In this document: piece by piece, positions 7,979 to 16,254 of the stretch
Layout of the letters: every line of letters starts with the position of its first letter
Position numbering within the stretch: the first letter of the stretch is position 1
NCBI GenBank assembly: GCA_035285125.1
Contig: JAYKHR010000131.1
Location: 1-30,694 of the forward strand
Source: Candidatus Sericytochromatia bacterium
Lineage (GTDB): Bacteria > Cyanobacteriota > Sericytochromatia > S15B-MN24 > JAQBPE01
Direction: 5' to 3'
Length of the DNA stretch: 30,694 bases
Translations under genes and position numbers: made by a program
Notes under the pieces: model-generated
Seen by the model: only the letters and a program-made list of their open reading frames with translations
Database searches by the model: none
Told to the model about the DNA's origin: nothing

Positions 7979-9283
7979 GTGCATCGTTCTCTCACCGGGT
8001 CCCTGGCGGCCTTGACCCTCGCCGCTGCCCTCGCCGCCTGTGCCAAGGCGCCTGGCAGCCTGGCGCCGCGTGCAGCGGCGGGCGATCTGGCCGCCCTGGC
8101 GTCCTCCTACCGCCTGGAGCGCCGGGCCGTGATCAGCGTCGACCACCCGGCCTTCCTCGACCTGCAGGGCGAGGCGGGCGACGACCTCACGTTGATGGTC
8201 AGCTCCTTCGGCGTCTTCGGCGGCGACGCCGTGCGGGCCTTCCGGGGCCTCGGCGGGTTGCTCGCGGGCCGGGGCGTGACGCCGCAACTGGTGACGGACA
8301 AGGCCGTGTGGCCCAACGAGGTCAAGCCGGTGCCGTCCTCGGTGATGCCCGGCGGCTACCTCGTGGCCGGTGGCTTCCTCGTGCCCGGCAAGACGGGCGC
8401 CCTGACGCTGGTCCAGCCCGGCGGTGCGACGCGCACCCTGACGGAGACGGGCCCCGTGACGGAGAAGAAGCCCGGCTTCTTCTACCACCGGGCGATGTGG
8501 CGTGACATGGACGGCGACGGCCGCCTCGACGTGCTCACGGCCCGGGCCAAGAAGCCCGTGCTGGGGCCCACGGTCGGTGAGCTGGTGTGGCTCTCCGAGC
8601 CCAAGGGGCGGGCGATGCTCTGGGAGGAGCACGTGATCGCGCAGGGCCCGGACGTCCACTTCCGGCTGGCTGACCTCGATGGCGACGGCGTCGAGGAGGT
8701 GCTCGCCTCCGAGTTCTTCGCCAAGCGGTTCTCGGTGCACTGGCGGGAGGGTGGCGCGTGGCGCTCGCGCGTGGTCGACAACCAGTGCGGCTCGGCCTTC
8801 GACCTCGAGGTCGCCGACCTCAACGGCGACAGCGTGCGGGACGTCGTGCTGACGAACCATGAGGGCAACGCCAACGCGGGCGCCTTCGCCTACGAGATCC
8901 CCCGCGACTGGAAGAACACGCTCTGGAAGCGGCACACGCTGACGCAGGGGATCAAGACCACCAACCCCGGCATGAACCAGGCCTCGCCGGGCGCGCCCGT
9001 CGTGCTGCCGGGCGCTGGCCCCAACGGCAAGGCGCTCATCCTGCTGGCGGGTGACGGCTCCCAGAACGTCCACCTGCTCGTGCCCACCTCCGCCGACCGG
9101 ACGGACTGGGGCCACACGCGCCTCGACCTCGTCGACCTCGACAGCACCGTCGGCCAGCTGGCGGTGACGGACCTCGACGGCGATCGCGCCCCTGAGGTCT
9201 TCGTGCCTGCCTACGACAAGCACCAGATCCACGTGTTCACCCTGCGGGGCCCGGCCGTTGGCCGGTCCAAGCGCACCCGATAA
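7979..9283 (+). CDS. FG-GAP/VCBS-repeat beta-propeller lipoprotein, 434 aa
   Basis: AGGAGG RBS, GTG start, lipobox LAAC. Four Ca-binding-type loops: DMDGDGRLD, DLDGDGVEE, DLNGDSVRD, DLDGDRAPE. Confidence 0.85.
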   Translation: MHRSLTGSLAALTLAAALAACAKAPGSLAPRAAAGDLAALASSYRLERRAVISVDHPAFLDLQGEAGDDLTLMVSSFGVFGGDAVRAFRGLGGLLAGRGVTPQLVTDKAVWPNEVKPVPSSVMPGGYLVAGGFLVPGKTGALTLVQPGGATRTLTETGPVTEKKPGFFYHRAMWRDMDGDGRLDVLTARAKKPVLGPTVGELVWLSEPKGRAMLWEEHVIAQGPDVHFRLADLDGDGVEEVLASEFFAKRFSVHWREGGAWRSRVVDNQCGSAFDLEVADLNGDSVRDVVLTNHEGNANAGAFAYEIPRDWKNTLWKRHTLTQGIKTTNPGMNQASPGAPVVLPGAGPNGKALILLAGDGSQNVHLLVPTSADRTDWGHTRLDLVDLDSTVGQLAVTDLDGDRAPEVFVPAYDKHQIHVFTLRGPAVGRSKRTR

Positions 9284-9296
9284 AGGACGGCCTTCG

Positions 9297-9998
9297 ATGA
9301 TGATGCACCTCTCCTCCACCATGACGCGTGGCCTGGCCCTCGGCCTCTCCGTGCTGGCGCTTGCGGCCTGCAGCAAGGTTGCCTCCCCCACCTCGCGCGT
9401 GGCTGGCGTCGCCTCGGCGCAGGCCGTCGTGAAGCGGGCCAAGCTGGAGCAGCTCGCCAACAAGATGATCGGCGTCTACGACAGCAAGGACCAGGCGCAG
9501 GCCGACCCTGAGAACTACCGGGACGTCACGCTGCACATGGTGCGCGTGTGGCCCGAGCGCACGGACGGCCCCTGGCTCTACATCGAGCAGGCGCTCTCCA
9601 ACCAGGTGGCCCTGCCCTATCGCCAGCGTGTCTACAAGCTCAGCGCCCGGGCTGACGGCCGCGTGGCCTCGGAGATCCTCACGCTGCCCGAGCCCGCGCT
9701 GCAGTACGCCGGCGCCTGGCGCTCCGGTCAGCCCCTGGGCCAGCTGAAGCCCGAGGACCTCACGCCGCGCACCGGCTGCGCCGTGATCCTGCGCGAGGCC
9801 CTGCCTGGCGTGTGGGCCGGCTCCACGGTGGATCGCGAGTGCCCCTCGGAGCTCTACGGCGCGACCTACGCCACGAGCATCGTGAAGGTCACGAGCCGCA
9901 CGCTCGAGAGCTGGGACCGTGGCTACGACGCCAACGGCGAGCAGGTCTGGGGCGCCGACAAGGGTGGCTACGTGTTCATCAAGCGGTCCGTGCGCTGA
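9297..9998 (+). CDS. CpcT/CpeT-family chromophore-lyase-like lipoprotein, about 233 aa
   Basis: WLYIEQA...PYRQRVY and SWDRGYDANGEQVWGADKGGYVF are CpcT/CpeT signatures. Lipobox LAAC. Three alternative in-frame ATGs lie at 9297-9303. Confidence 0.85.
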   Translation: MMMHLSSTMTRGLALGLSVLALAACSKVASPTSRVAGVASAQAVVKRAKLEQLANKMIGVYDSKDQAQADPENYRDVTLHMVRVWPERTDGPWLYIEQALSNQVALPYRQRVYKLSARADGRVASEILTLPEPALQYAGAWRSGQPLGQLKPEDLTPRTGCAVILREALPGVWAGSTVDRECPSELYGATYATSIVKVTSRTLESWDRGYDANGEQVWGADKGGYVFIKRSVR

Positions 9999-10009
9999 AC
10001 GTTCCAAGG

Positions 10010-10045
10010 CCAAGGCCCGGCGCGAAGCCGGGCCTTGGTCTTTTT
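10010..10045 (+). terminator. Rho-independent terminator of the GH15/FG-GAP/CpcT operon
   Basis: Perfect 12-bp stem CCAAGGCCCGGC-GCGAA-GCCGGGCCTTGG followed by TCTTTTT. Confidence 0.85.
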
Positions 10046-10084
10046 CAAGGGCCGCCCAGCGGGTGCGACGGCCCTAGCCCCACG

Positions 10085-10543
10085 TCAGTGCGGGCTGCGC
10101 AGCATCTTCTTGACCTCGTCGATGTGCTCGGTCTCGGTCCGCACGAAGCCGCGCGCGAGCTCTTCGAGGGCGATGTCGTCGGCCGCCACCGCGACGAGGC
10201 GGCGGTACAGGGCCAGCGTGGCCTCCTCGTGCTGGAGGCTCTCGCGCAGGATGGCATCCACGGTGTGGAGGTTCGTCTCCTCCGTCGCGGCCGCGACCAT
10301 CGGGGGGTGGCCGCCGTAGGAGGTGATCTTCTCGCCGATGGTGGTGGCGTGGTCCATGCTCTCCGTCGCCTGCGAGCGGAACCAGGCCTGGATGGGGATG
10401 CGGTTGTGCCCCATGATCATGAACGAATAGTGCATGTACCGGTTGATGCCGGCCATCTCGGCCTTGTAGATGTCGTGCAGCAGCGGCATCACCTGGTTGT
10501 TCAGCGGGCCGGTGCCGGGGCGGTTGGTGGTCTCGGTGGTCAT
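10085..10543 (-). CDS. bfr: Bacterioferritin / ferritin-like diiron protein, 152 aa
   Basis: Four-helix ferritin pattern AEMAGINRY...ESMDHA...GGHP...HEE...ETEH, with ferroxidase-type E/ExxH ligands and the Met of ESMxHA. Confidence 0.8.
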   Translation of the reverse strand: MTTETTNRPGTGPLNNQVMPLLHDIYKAEMAGINRYMHYSFMIMGHNRIPIQAWFRSQATESMDHATTIGEKITSYGGHPPMVAAATEETNLHTVDAILRESLQHEEATLALYRRLVAVAADDIALEELARGFVRTETEHIDEVKKMLRSPH

Positions 10544-10646
10544 GGGCTTGCCTTTCTGTTGGGTCTAAGCCTGTTCAACCATCCGGGCGGGGGTTGCGTC
10601 AATGGGGCCTCCGGGCCGCCGGGTTGCGCTTGCCCGTCCAGGGGCC

Positions 10647-13600
10647 TCACGGCTTGCCGCGCACGAGCTCCTTGAGCTGGCCCGTGCCGTGGTCGACGAA
10701 GACCACGCGCCCGCCGCGGTCCGCCGCGATGCCGAGGGGGAAGTCGGCCTCGTCCACGCGGTCCGAGGCGCCGGCGCCGGCCCGGATGATGGCGCGCCCG
10801 TCCGGCGTCAGGCAGCGCACGCGGCCGCGGGTGGTTGAGGCGCCGACGAGGGCCCCGACCCCGGTCCCCGGCAGCAAGGGGCTACCAGCCTGCGTCAGCC
10901 GGCGGATCCCCCGCGGGCCTGCCTCCGTGACGTAGACGTTGCCCGCGCCGTCGCACGCGAGGCCCATGGGGAACGCCAGCGTGGCCTCGGTGGCCGGCAT
11001 CTCGAGGCGTTGCGGGGCCTCGTCGTCGGGGCTCCATGTCGGGCCGCCCGCCACGTGGTGCAGCAGGCCACCCGGGTCCAGGCGCCAGACCTTGCCTGAC
11101 ACCACCTCGGCGATGAAGGTGTCGCCGTGGGGGCCCACTGCCACGCCGGCCGCCATACTCAGCGGCGCCTGTCGGGCGGGCTTGCCGTCGAGGTCGGCCA
11201 GGAACCCGGCGACGCCGCTGCCCGCGAGGTGGGTCAGGTCGCCATTCTTCTCGATGCGCCAGACCATCCCCGCCGGGAGCACCCCGCCGGGGTGCTCCAG
11301 CGGGAGCCCCACGAAGATCGGCCGGCCCTCGGCGTCCACCGTCAGGCCGCTGATGAGCTGCCAGCCGAAGACCTGTGCGCTCTCGGCGGGCTGGGCCGGC
11401 CCGGCCGTCTTCCCCCCTCCGCCCGTCAGCGTCTCGATCCGCTTGGTGTCGCGATCGATGCGGCGCAGCAGCCGCCGCTCGCTGTCGGCCACCAGCAGGT
11501 GGCGGCCGGTGACGGCCAGCAAGGAGGGATAGCTGAGCGCGCTCGCGACCTCGCCGTCCGGCGTCAGGCCCTGGCGCCCGCCTGCGAAGCGCACCATCTG
11601 ATCACCCTTGAGCTGCCGCAAGGAGTGGCTGCCCATCTCCGTCATCCAGATGCCGCCCCCGTCGTCGAGGGCCACGCCGAAGGGGCTGTCGAACAGAGCC
11701 TTCCGTGCCAACGTGAGCTCGGCGTCCTGGCTGCCGGCCACCCGGACCACCCGGCTGCCCGCCGGGTCGATGCGGCGCACGAGGCCGTTGCCCAGGTCTG
11801 CCACGAGCACGTGGTCCCTCTCGTCCAGCCCGAGGCCCGACGGTTGGCTGAAGTGGGCCTCTGCGGCGGGGACGTCGTCAGGGTCGCGACCATCCCTGCC
11901 ACGCTGCGACCCGGCGCCGGCGAACCGCTCGGCTTTCTTGTCTGACCACAGCTGGTGGATCACGTGCTGGTCGCCTGGGAGCAGCTGGGTGCCGCCTATC
12001 CCACCCGGAACAAGGTCCGTGGTCGCCAGCAGCACGCTGCCGTCCGGCATTGCGAGCATCCCCGCGCTCTCGGCGTCGATCTGCCCCTCCGCCCGCCAGA
12101 CCACCTGCCACGCGCCCGTCTCAGGCTCGAACCGCCAGACCTCGCTGCGCTGCAGGCCCCAGAGCGCCCCGTCTGGCGTCTGGGCCAGCGCCGTGATGGT
12201 GATGCCGGGCGTTGACCCGTCGGGCAGCGGCTTCACGTCTTGCACGACGCCCTCGGCGTCGAGGCGCACCAGCCGCTGCGGGGCCGGTTGGCCCGGCGCC
12301 GCAGCGAGGGTCTCCACCAGCCAGGCGCCCCCACCAGCTGCGGCCGCTGCGGCCGTGAGCCTGTCCAGGCCGAGGGCCTGGCCCGCCACGCCCGGTGCAG
12401 CCGGGCTTGTGCCGCCCCCGGCCCAGGGCGCTGGCGGCTGCTTGCCGTCCGGCGCCACGCGCCAGACCTGTCCCTGCTTCTCATTGGGGCCCGACACGGC
12501 CAGGACGGCCCCATCGGTGCTCCGCACCAGGAAGGCGAAGGTGGGCGCCTCCAGCTCCCCCGCGCAGTGCCCCGAGAGGCGCTCCACGCGGAGTGGCTGC
12601 CCGGCCAGCCGGTAGAGGGCGCCGCTGTTGCGGCCGCGCTCCTCGGATACCACGTAGATCGCGCCGCCGGGCCCGCCCGTCACGGCCCTGGGGCGCCGCA
12701 GCAGGGCCGCGGTTGCCGGCTGGCCGACCTCGCACCCGGCCACGCCTGCCAGCGTCATCACGCGGCGGACCTCCTCCAGGGCGGTGGCGAGGGCCTGGTG
12801 CTTCTCGCCGGCCGCGTTGGCGGCGGCTGCGAGCCTGTCGGGACGCCAGGCCGCGCCAGCCAGGGCCTCGGCCGAGAGGGCTGCTCGGGCGGCCTCGTCG
12901 GCCAGCCTGGCGGCCTCTGGCGTGAGGCGGTCGAGGGCGGCGGCGGGGTCTGGCTGGCCGGCGAGGACCTGGGTCTCGACCCAGCCGGCGAGGAGGGTGG
13001 CAGAGGGGGTGATGGGGACGGGGACGCCTGCGGGCTGCGTGCGGGGCCGCAGGCCGGCGAACCCCCTGAGCACGCCGTCGGCGGCGTCGAGGGGGACGTA
13101 CAGGGAGAGGCCGCGGGCCACGCGGTAGCCCGGGAAGGCGACGGCGCCCTCCTGGTTGGTGACGGCGCTGACGAGCTTGCCGTCCGTGCCGACGAAGAAG
13201 CGGCCGCGGGCGTCGCGGACGTAGACGCGCACCCCCGCGGCGGGGGCGGTGCTGGCGAGGTGGTAGCCGGCACGGGGGCCGACCAGGCCCGCGGGCAGCT
13301 CGACCCGGCCTGTCAGGGAGCCGCCGTCGACGCCGATGAGGGAGCCACCGTCGACGCCGATGAGGGAGCCACCGTCGACGCCGATGAGGGAGCCACCGTC
13401 GACGCCGATGAGGGAGCCACCATCGACGCCGATGAGGGAGCCACCATCGACGCCGATGAGGGTGCCACCGTCGACGCCGATGAGGGAGCCGCCGTCGACG
13501 CCGATGAGGGTGCCACCGTCGACGCCGATGAGGGAGCCCTTCGGCGCGACGCGGACGAGGGCGCTCGGGGGCAGCTGGATGAGGGAGCCGCCGTCGAGGC

Positions 13601-13823
13601 CGAGCAGGCTGGCGCCCGTTGGCCCCACGCGGCTGCCACCCTCCCGCCGGAGCTCGGCGGCGAGCGTCTTGTCCGCCACGGGGGTGGCGTGCGAGGCGGC
13701 TGGCTGGGCGCTGGTCGGCTTCGGTCGGGGGGGCACGCCAGGCGCCAGGCGGGTCGCCGGCTGGCAGGCGAGCAGGGCGGCCGCAAGGCTCACCACCAGG
13801 GCTGTCGCGGACCCGTGTTGCAT
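10647..13823 (-). CDS. Octapeptide-repeat / Ig-like / NHL-repeat lipoprotein (paralog 1), 1058 aa
   Basis: ATG at 13823 follows GGAGG...AGGA. Lipobox LLAC, nine LIGVDGG(S/T) units, GVRVYVRDARG...TNQEG domain, and many NHL blades (FSQPSGLGLD...VLVADLGNGLVRRID). Confidence 0.85.
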   Translation of the reverse strand: MQHGSATALVVSLAAALLACQPATRLAPGVPPRPKPTSAQPAASHATPVADKTLAAELRREGGSRVGPTGASLLGLDGGSLIQLPPSALVRVAPKGSLIGVDGGTLIGVDGGSLIGVDGGTLIGVDGGSLIGVDGGSLIGVDGGSLIGVDGGSLIGVDGGSLIGVDGGSLTGRVELPAGLVGPRAGYHLASTAPAAGVRVYVRDARGRFFVGTDGKLVSAVTNQEGAVAFPGYRVARGLSLYVPLDAADGVLRGFAGLRPRTQPAGVPVPITPSATLLAGWVETQVLAGQPDPAAALDRLTPEAARLADEAARAALSAEALAGAAWRPDRLAAAANAAGEKHQALATALEEVRRVMTLAGVAGCEVGQPATAALLRRPRAVTGGPGGAIYVVSEERGRNSGALYRLAGQPLRVERLSGHCAGELEAPTFAFLVRSTDGAVLAVSGPNEKQGQVWRVAPDGKQPPAPWAGGGTSPAAPGVAGQALGLDRLTAAAAAAGGGAWLVETLAAAPGQPAPQRLVRLDAEGVVQDVKPLPDGSTPGITITALAQTPDGALWGLQRSEVWRFEPETGAWQVVWRAEGQIDAESAGMLAMPDGSVLLATTDLVPGGIGGTQLLPGDQHVIHQLWSDKKAERFAGAGSQRGRDGRDPDDVPAAEAHFSQPSGLGLDERDHVLVADLGNGLVRRIDPAGSRVVRVAGSQDAELTLARKALFDSPFGVALDDGGGIWMTEMGSHSLRQLKGDQMVRFAGGRQGLTPDGEVASALSYPSLLAVTGRHLLVADSERRLLRRIDRDTKRIETLTGGGGKTAGPAQPAESAQVFGWQLISGLTVDAEGRPIFVGLPLEHPGGVLPAGMVWRIEKNGDLTHLAGSGVAGFLADLDGKPARQAPLSMAAGVAVGPHGDTFIAEVVSGKVWRLDPGGLLHHVAGGPTWSPDDEAPQRLEMPATEATLAFPMGLACDGAGNVYVTEAGPRGIRRLTQAGSPLLPGTGVGALVGASTTRGRVRCLTPDGRAIIRAGAGASDRVDEADFPLGIAADRGGRVVFVDHGTGQLKELVRGKP
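13315..13538 (-). repeat. 24-bp coding tandem repeat, about 9.3 copies (LIGVDGGS/T)
   Basis: Unit AGGGAGCCACCGTCGACGCCGATG on +, near-identical copies with no spacers. A degenerate extra copy (LLGLDGGS) lies near 13580-13607. Confidence 0.95.
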
Positions 13824-14080
13824 CTGTTTCCTTTTTCCTCCCCCGAGCACGCGGGCCACCATGCGTGTCATACCCCAGGAACCTGGCCGGGTGGGGCCTT
13901 GGCTCGCGGGCATGGGCCGGCGCGGTGCATGGGCTCGAGCGAGGGCGGCGTTTTGGGGCGTGCGGCGGATGCTGAGAGGCCCTACCTTCGCGCGCAGGCG
14001 CCAGCGTCTCCCGCTCCGGGACGGAGAGGGCCCGCGTCAGCGGGGGTGAGGCGACCGCGGCACCTGGGCTGCGCGCGCCC

Positions 14081-14107
14081 CCGTTTCGAAGCCCCGCCGG
14101 CTGGGTT
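14081..14107 (+). promoter_or_regulatory. Putative alternative-sigma promoter CCGTTT-N16-GGGTT
   Basis: Same two elements, spacing and distance to ATG as at 16218-16244. Confidence 0.5.
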
Positions 14108-14117
14108 GGGAAGGAAC

Positions 14118-16133
14118 ATGACCACTCGCTCGCGCCTCCTGCTCAATGCCCTGCTGCTCACCGCCGTGGTGGGTTGGGGGTGCCAGGTCGTCACGCCCAC
14201 GGCCGAGTCGCTGGGCGTCCGGCGTGCGAAGCCCAAGGGCGCGGTGCCGGCCACCGTGTTGACGCAGGTGTCGGGCTTCTTGCGGATTCCGGCCCGGCTG
14301 ATCGGCCCTGACGCCGGGACGCTGATCGGCCCTGACGCCGGGACGCTGATTGGCCCTGACGCCGGGACCTTGATTGGCCCCGACGCCGGGACGGTGTCCC
14401 TGGCGGGGGCCCGCGTCTTCCTGGCGGACGCCGCGGGCCGGGCGCTGCCTGGCGTGGCCGAGGCGCGCACGGATGCGCTTGGCAGGTTCACGCTGATGGG
14501 CGTGCCGGCCGGGTTGACCTACGTCGTCGTCATCGAGCTGCCCACCCGCTCCGGCGAGGTGGCGCGCCTGACCAGCCTGGCCTCGACGCATGCGGGCGCT
14601 GCCGAGGTGCGCGTCGGCCTCGGCTCGACCCTGGTCACGGCCGCCCTCGTGGACGCCGAGCGCGGCCTGGGTCGCGTCGACAATGCCGCCCTGCAGGCCG
14701 TCGCCGAGAAGGTCGAGAAGGAGGCCCTGAAGGCGGAGAAGCTGCCTGACCTCACCAAGCCGCAGGCCGTCGCCGAGGTGGCCGAGGCGGTGGTCGTGAA
14801 GGCCGCTCCCCCCGAGGTCAAGCAGGAGGTCGAGAAGCTCGAGAAGGCGATCGCGACGGCCCCGGTGGCCACGGCGGACCTTGCCAAGGTCGTGCAGGCC
14901 GAGGTCAAGGCGGCCGAGGAGGAGGCGGTCGAGCGTGGCGGCACGCCCGTGCCGACGGTGGCGCCCTCGGTGGCGACGCCCGTGCAGGCGACGCCGGCGC
15001 CCACGGCGAGGCCCTCGGAGGCACCGTCGGCGATGCCGCTCCCGCAGGGGTCCACGACGCCGTTGGTGGTGGCCTCCGCGCTGCCGACGAGGGGGCCGGC
15101 CCCCACCCCGGCGCCTGGCCTCGGGGTGAGCACCGTGGACCTCGGGGGAGAGGTGGATGCCCTGGGGGGCGTCTGGGGGCTGGCCTTTCTGGATGCCGAC
15201 CTGCTCGGTTTCGCCTCCTACAAGCGGGCGGGGCTTATCAAGGGAGACTCCGTGGGCCCGTTCGACAACTTCCAGGAGCCTGCACCGTCCGTGGACCTGC
15301 GTGGCGTGGCGGCGTACAAGGGCGTGCTTTACGTGGCTGGTAAGGACCAGGGCGATGCCAGCACCGGGCTGGTGATCAAGGTGAACGTCTCCGAGGGTGG
15401 GGCGCCGGTCGTGTTTGGCAAATTTCCCGGCGCCCCCACCGGCGTTGCCGTGGACGGCGTGGGCAATGTCTACGTGGCGGATGAGATCAACAACCAGATC
15501 ATGGTGTTCCCGCCGGACGGTCAGGATGGGCGGGCGCTGGTTCGTTCGTTGAAGGAGCCCACCGGCCTGGCCTACAATCCGAAGGCCAACGAGCTCTACG
15601 TGGCGGACACCGGAAACCACTGCATCCGGCAAATCAAGCTGGATGGGAGCAACGCGGTGTCCTTGCTGGCCGGAAGGGAAGGCGTGGAGGGCACCCAAGA
15701 TGGGACCCTCGCCACGGCAACGTTCGCCCGGCCCATGGGCCTGGCCTATGACGACGGGGGGAACAGGCTCTACGTGGCTGACTCCGGGAGCCACCTGATT
15801 CGCGTTGTGGATTTCAACGTGAAGGGGGGGGCGGTGTCTCGCTTCGCTGGCGTCCCCAACACCAGCGGCGAAAAGCCTGGGGATCGACTCAGCGCAATCT
15901 TCACCAGTCCCGCCGGCTTGTCTGTTCGGCCCGGGGGCGACCTCCTCGAGTTGTATGTGGCTGAGCCCGACGCGTCCAGGATCCGCCGCATTGTGGCCAA
16001 AAGAGAGGTGGCGACCCTCACCAGCGGCACGATATCGGGCGGAAAGGTGAGCACCATGCCGGTAGACACGGCTGTGGAGGCGCCCATCTCGGACCTCTCC
16101 GCCGAGCAGGTGCTCAAGACCGGCGGCCTTTAG
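14118..16133 (+). CDS. Octapeptide-repeat / Ig-like / NHL-repeat lipoprotein (paralog 2), 671 aa
   Basis: GGAAGGA RBS and ATG. Signal peptide ending GWGC, four LIGPDAGT units, GARVFLADAAG...RTDALG domain, E/K/A helical region, P/T/A linker, NHL blades (PTGVAVDGVGNVYVADEINNQI). Confidence 0.85.
   Translation: MTTRSRLLLNALLLTAVVGWGCQVVTPTAESLGVRRAKPKGAVPATVLTQVSGFLRIPARLIGPDAGTLIGPDAGTLIGPDAGTLIGPDAGTVSLAGARVFLADAAGRALPGVAEARTDALGRFTLMGVPAGLTYVVVIELPTRSGEVARLTSLASTHAGAAEVRVGLGSTLVTAALVDAERGLGRVDNAALQAVAEKVEKEALKAEKLPDLTKPQAVAEVAEAVVVKAAPPEVKQEVEKLEKAIATAPVATADLAKVVQAEVKAAEEEAVERGGTPVPTVAPSVATPVQATPAPTARPSEAPSAMPLPQGSTTPLVVASALPTRGPAPTPAPGLGVSTVDLGGEVDALGGVWGLAFLDADLLGFASYKRAGLIKGDSVGPFDNFQEPAPSVDLRGVAAYKGVLYVAGKDQGDASTGLVIKVNVSEGGAPVVFGKFPGAPTGVAVDGVGNVYVADEINNQIMVFPPDGQDGRALVRSLKEPTGLAYNPKANELYVADTGNHCIRQIKLDGSNAVSLLAGREGVEGTQDGTLATATFARPMGLAYDDGGNRLYVADSGSHLIRVVDFNVKGGAVSRFAGVPNTSGEKPGDRLSAIFTSPAGLSVRPGGDLLELYVAEPDASRIRRIVAKREVATLTSGTISGGKVSTMPVDTAVEAPISDLSAEQVLKTGGL
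14298..14393 (+). repeat. 24-bp coding tandem repeat x4 (LIGPDAGT)
   Basis: Unit CTGATCGGCCCTGACGCCGGGACG with only synonymous changes. Confidence 0.95.
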
Positions 16134-16217
16134 CCCCCGCGACCCGCGCCTCTGCCGTCAAGCTTGGCCACGGGCCTTCCCCGGGCTTTGTGGGCGCGAT
16201 CCTGCTTTGTGGGCCCG

Positions 16218-16244
16218 CCGTTTGAACCCGCCCCCGCCCGGGTT
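16218..16244 (+). promoter_or_regulatory. Putative alternative-sigma promoter CCGTTT-N16-GGGTT
   Basis: Matches 14081-14107. In both, GGGTT starts 15 nt before the ATG. Confidence 0.5.
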
Positions 16245-16254
16245 TGCTGTGGTC

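Noticed and set aside
13315..13538. CRISPR array
   Set aside because: Contiguous 24-bp units with no unique spacers, in frame within a CDS, and no cas genes.
13965..14080. TPP-riboswitch-like GCTGAGA in the divergent intergenic region
   Set aside because: The downstream CCTGA...TAATGCC core is absent and there is no thiamine-related gene.
12240..14117. N-terminal 626 codons of the 1297-aa ORF 12240..16133
   Set aside because: Mostly antisense shadow of paralog 1 plus intergenic DNA. The real start is ATG 14118, with an RBS and signal peptide.
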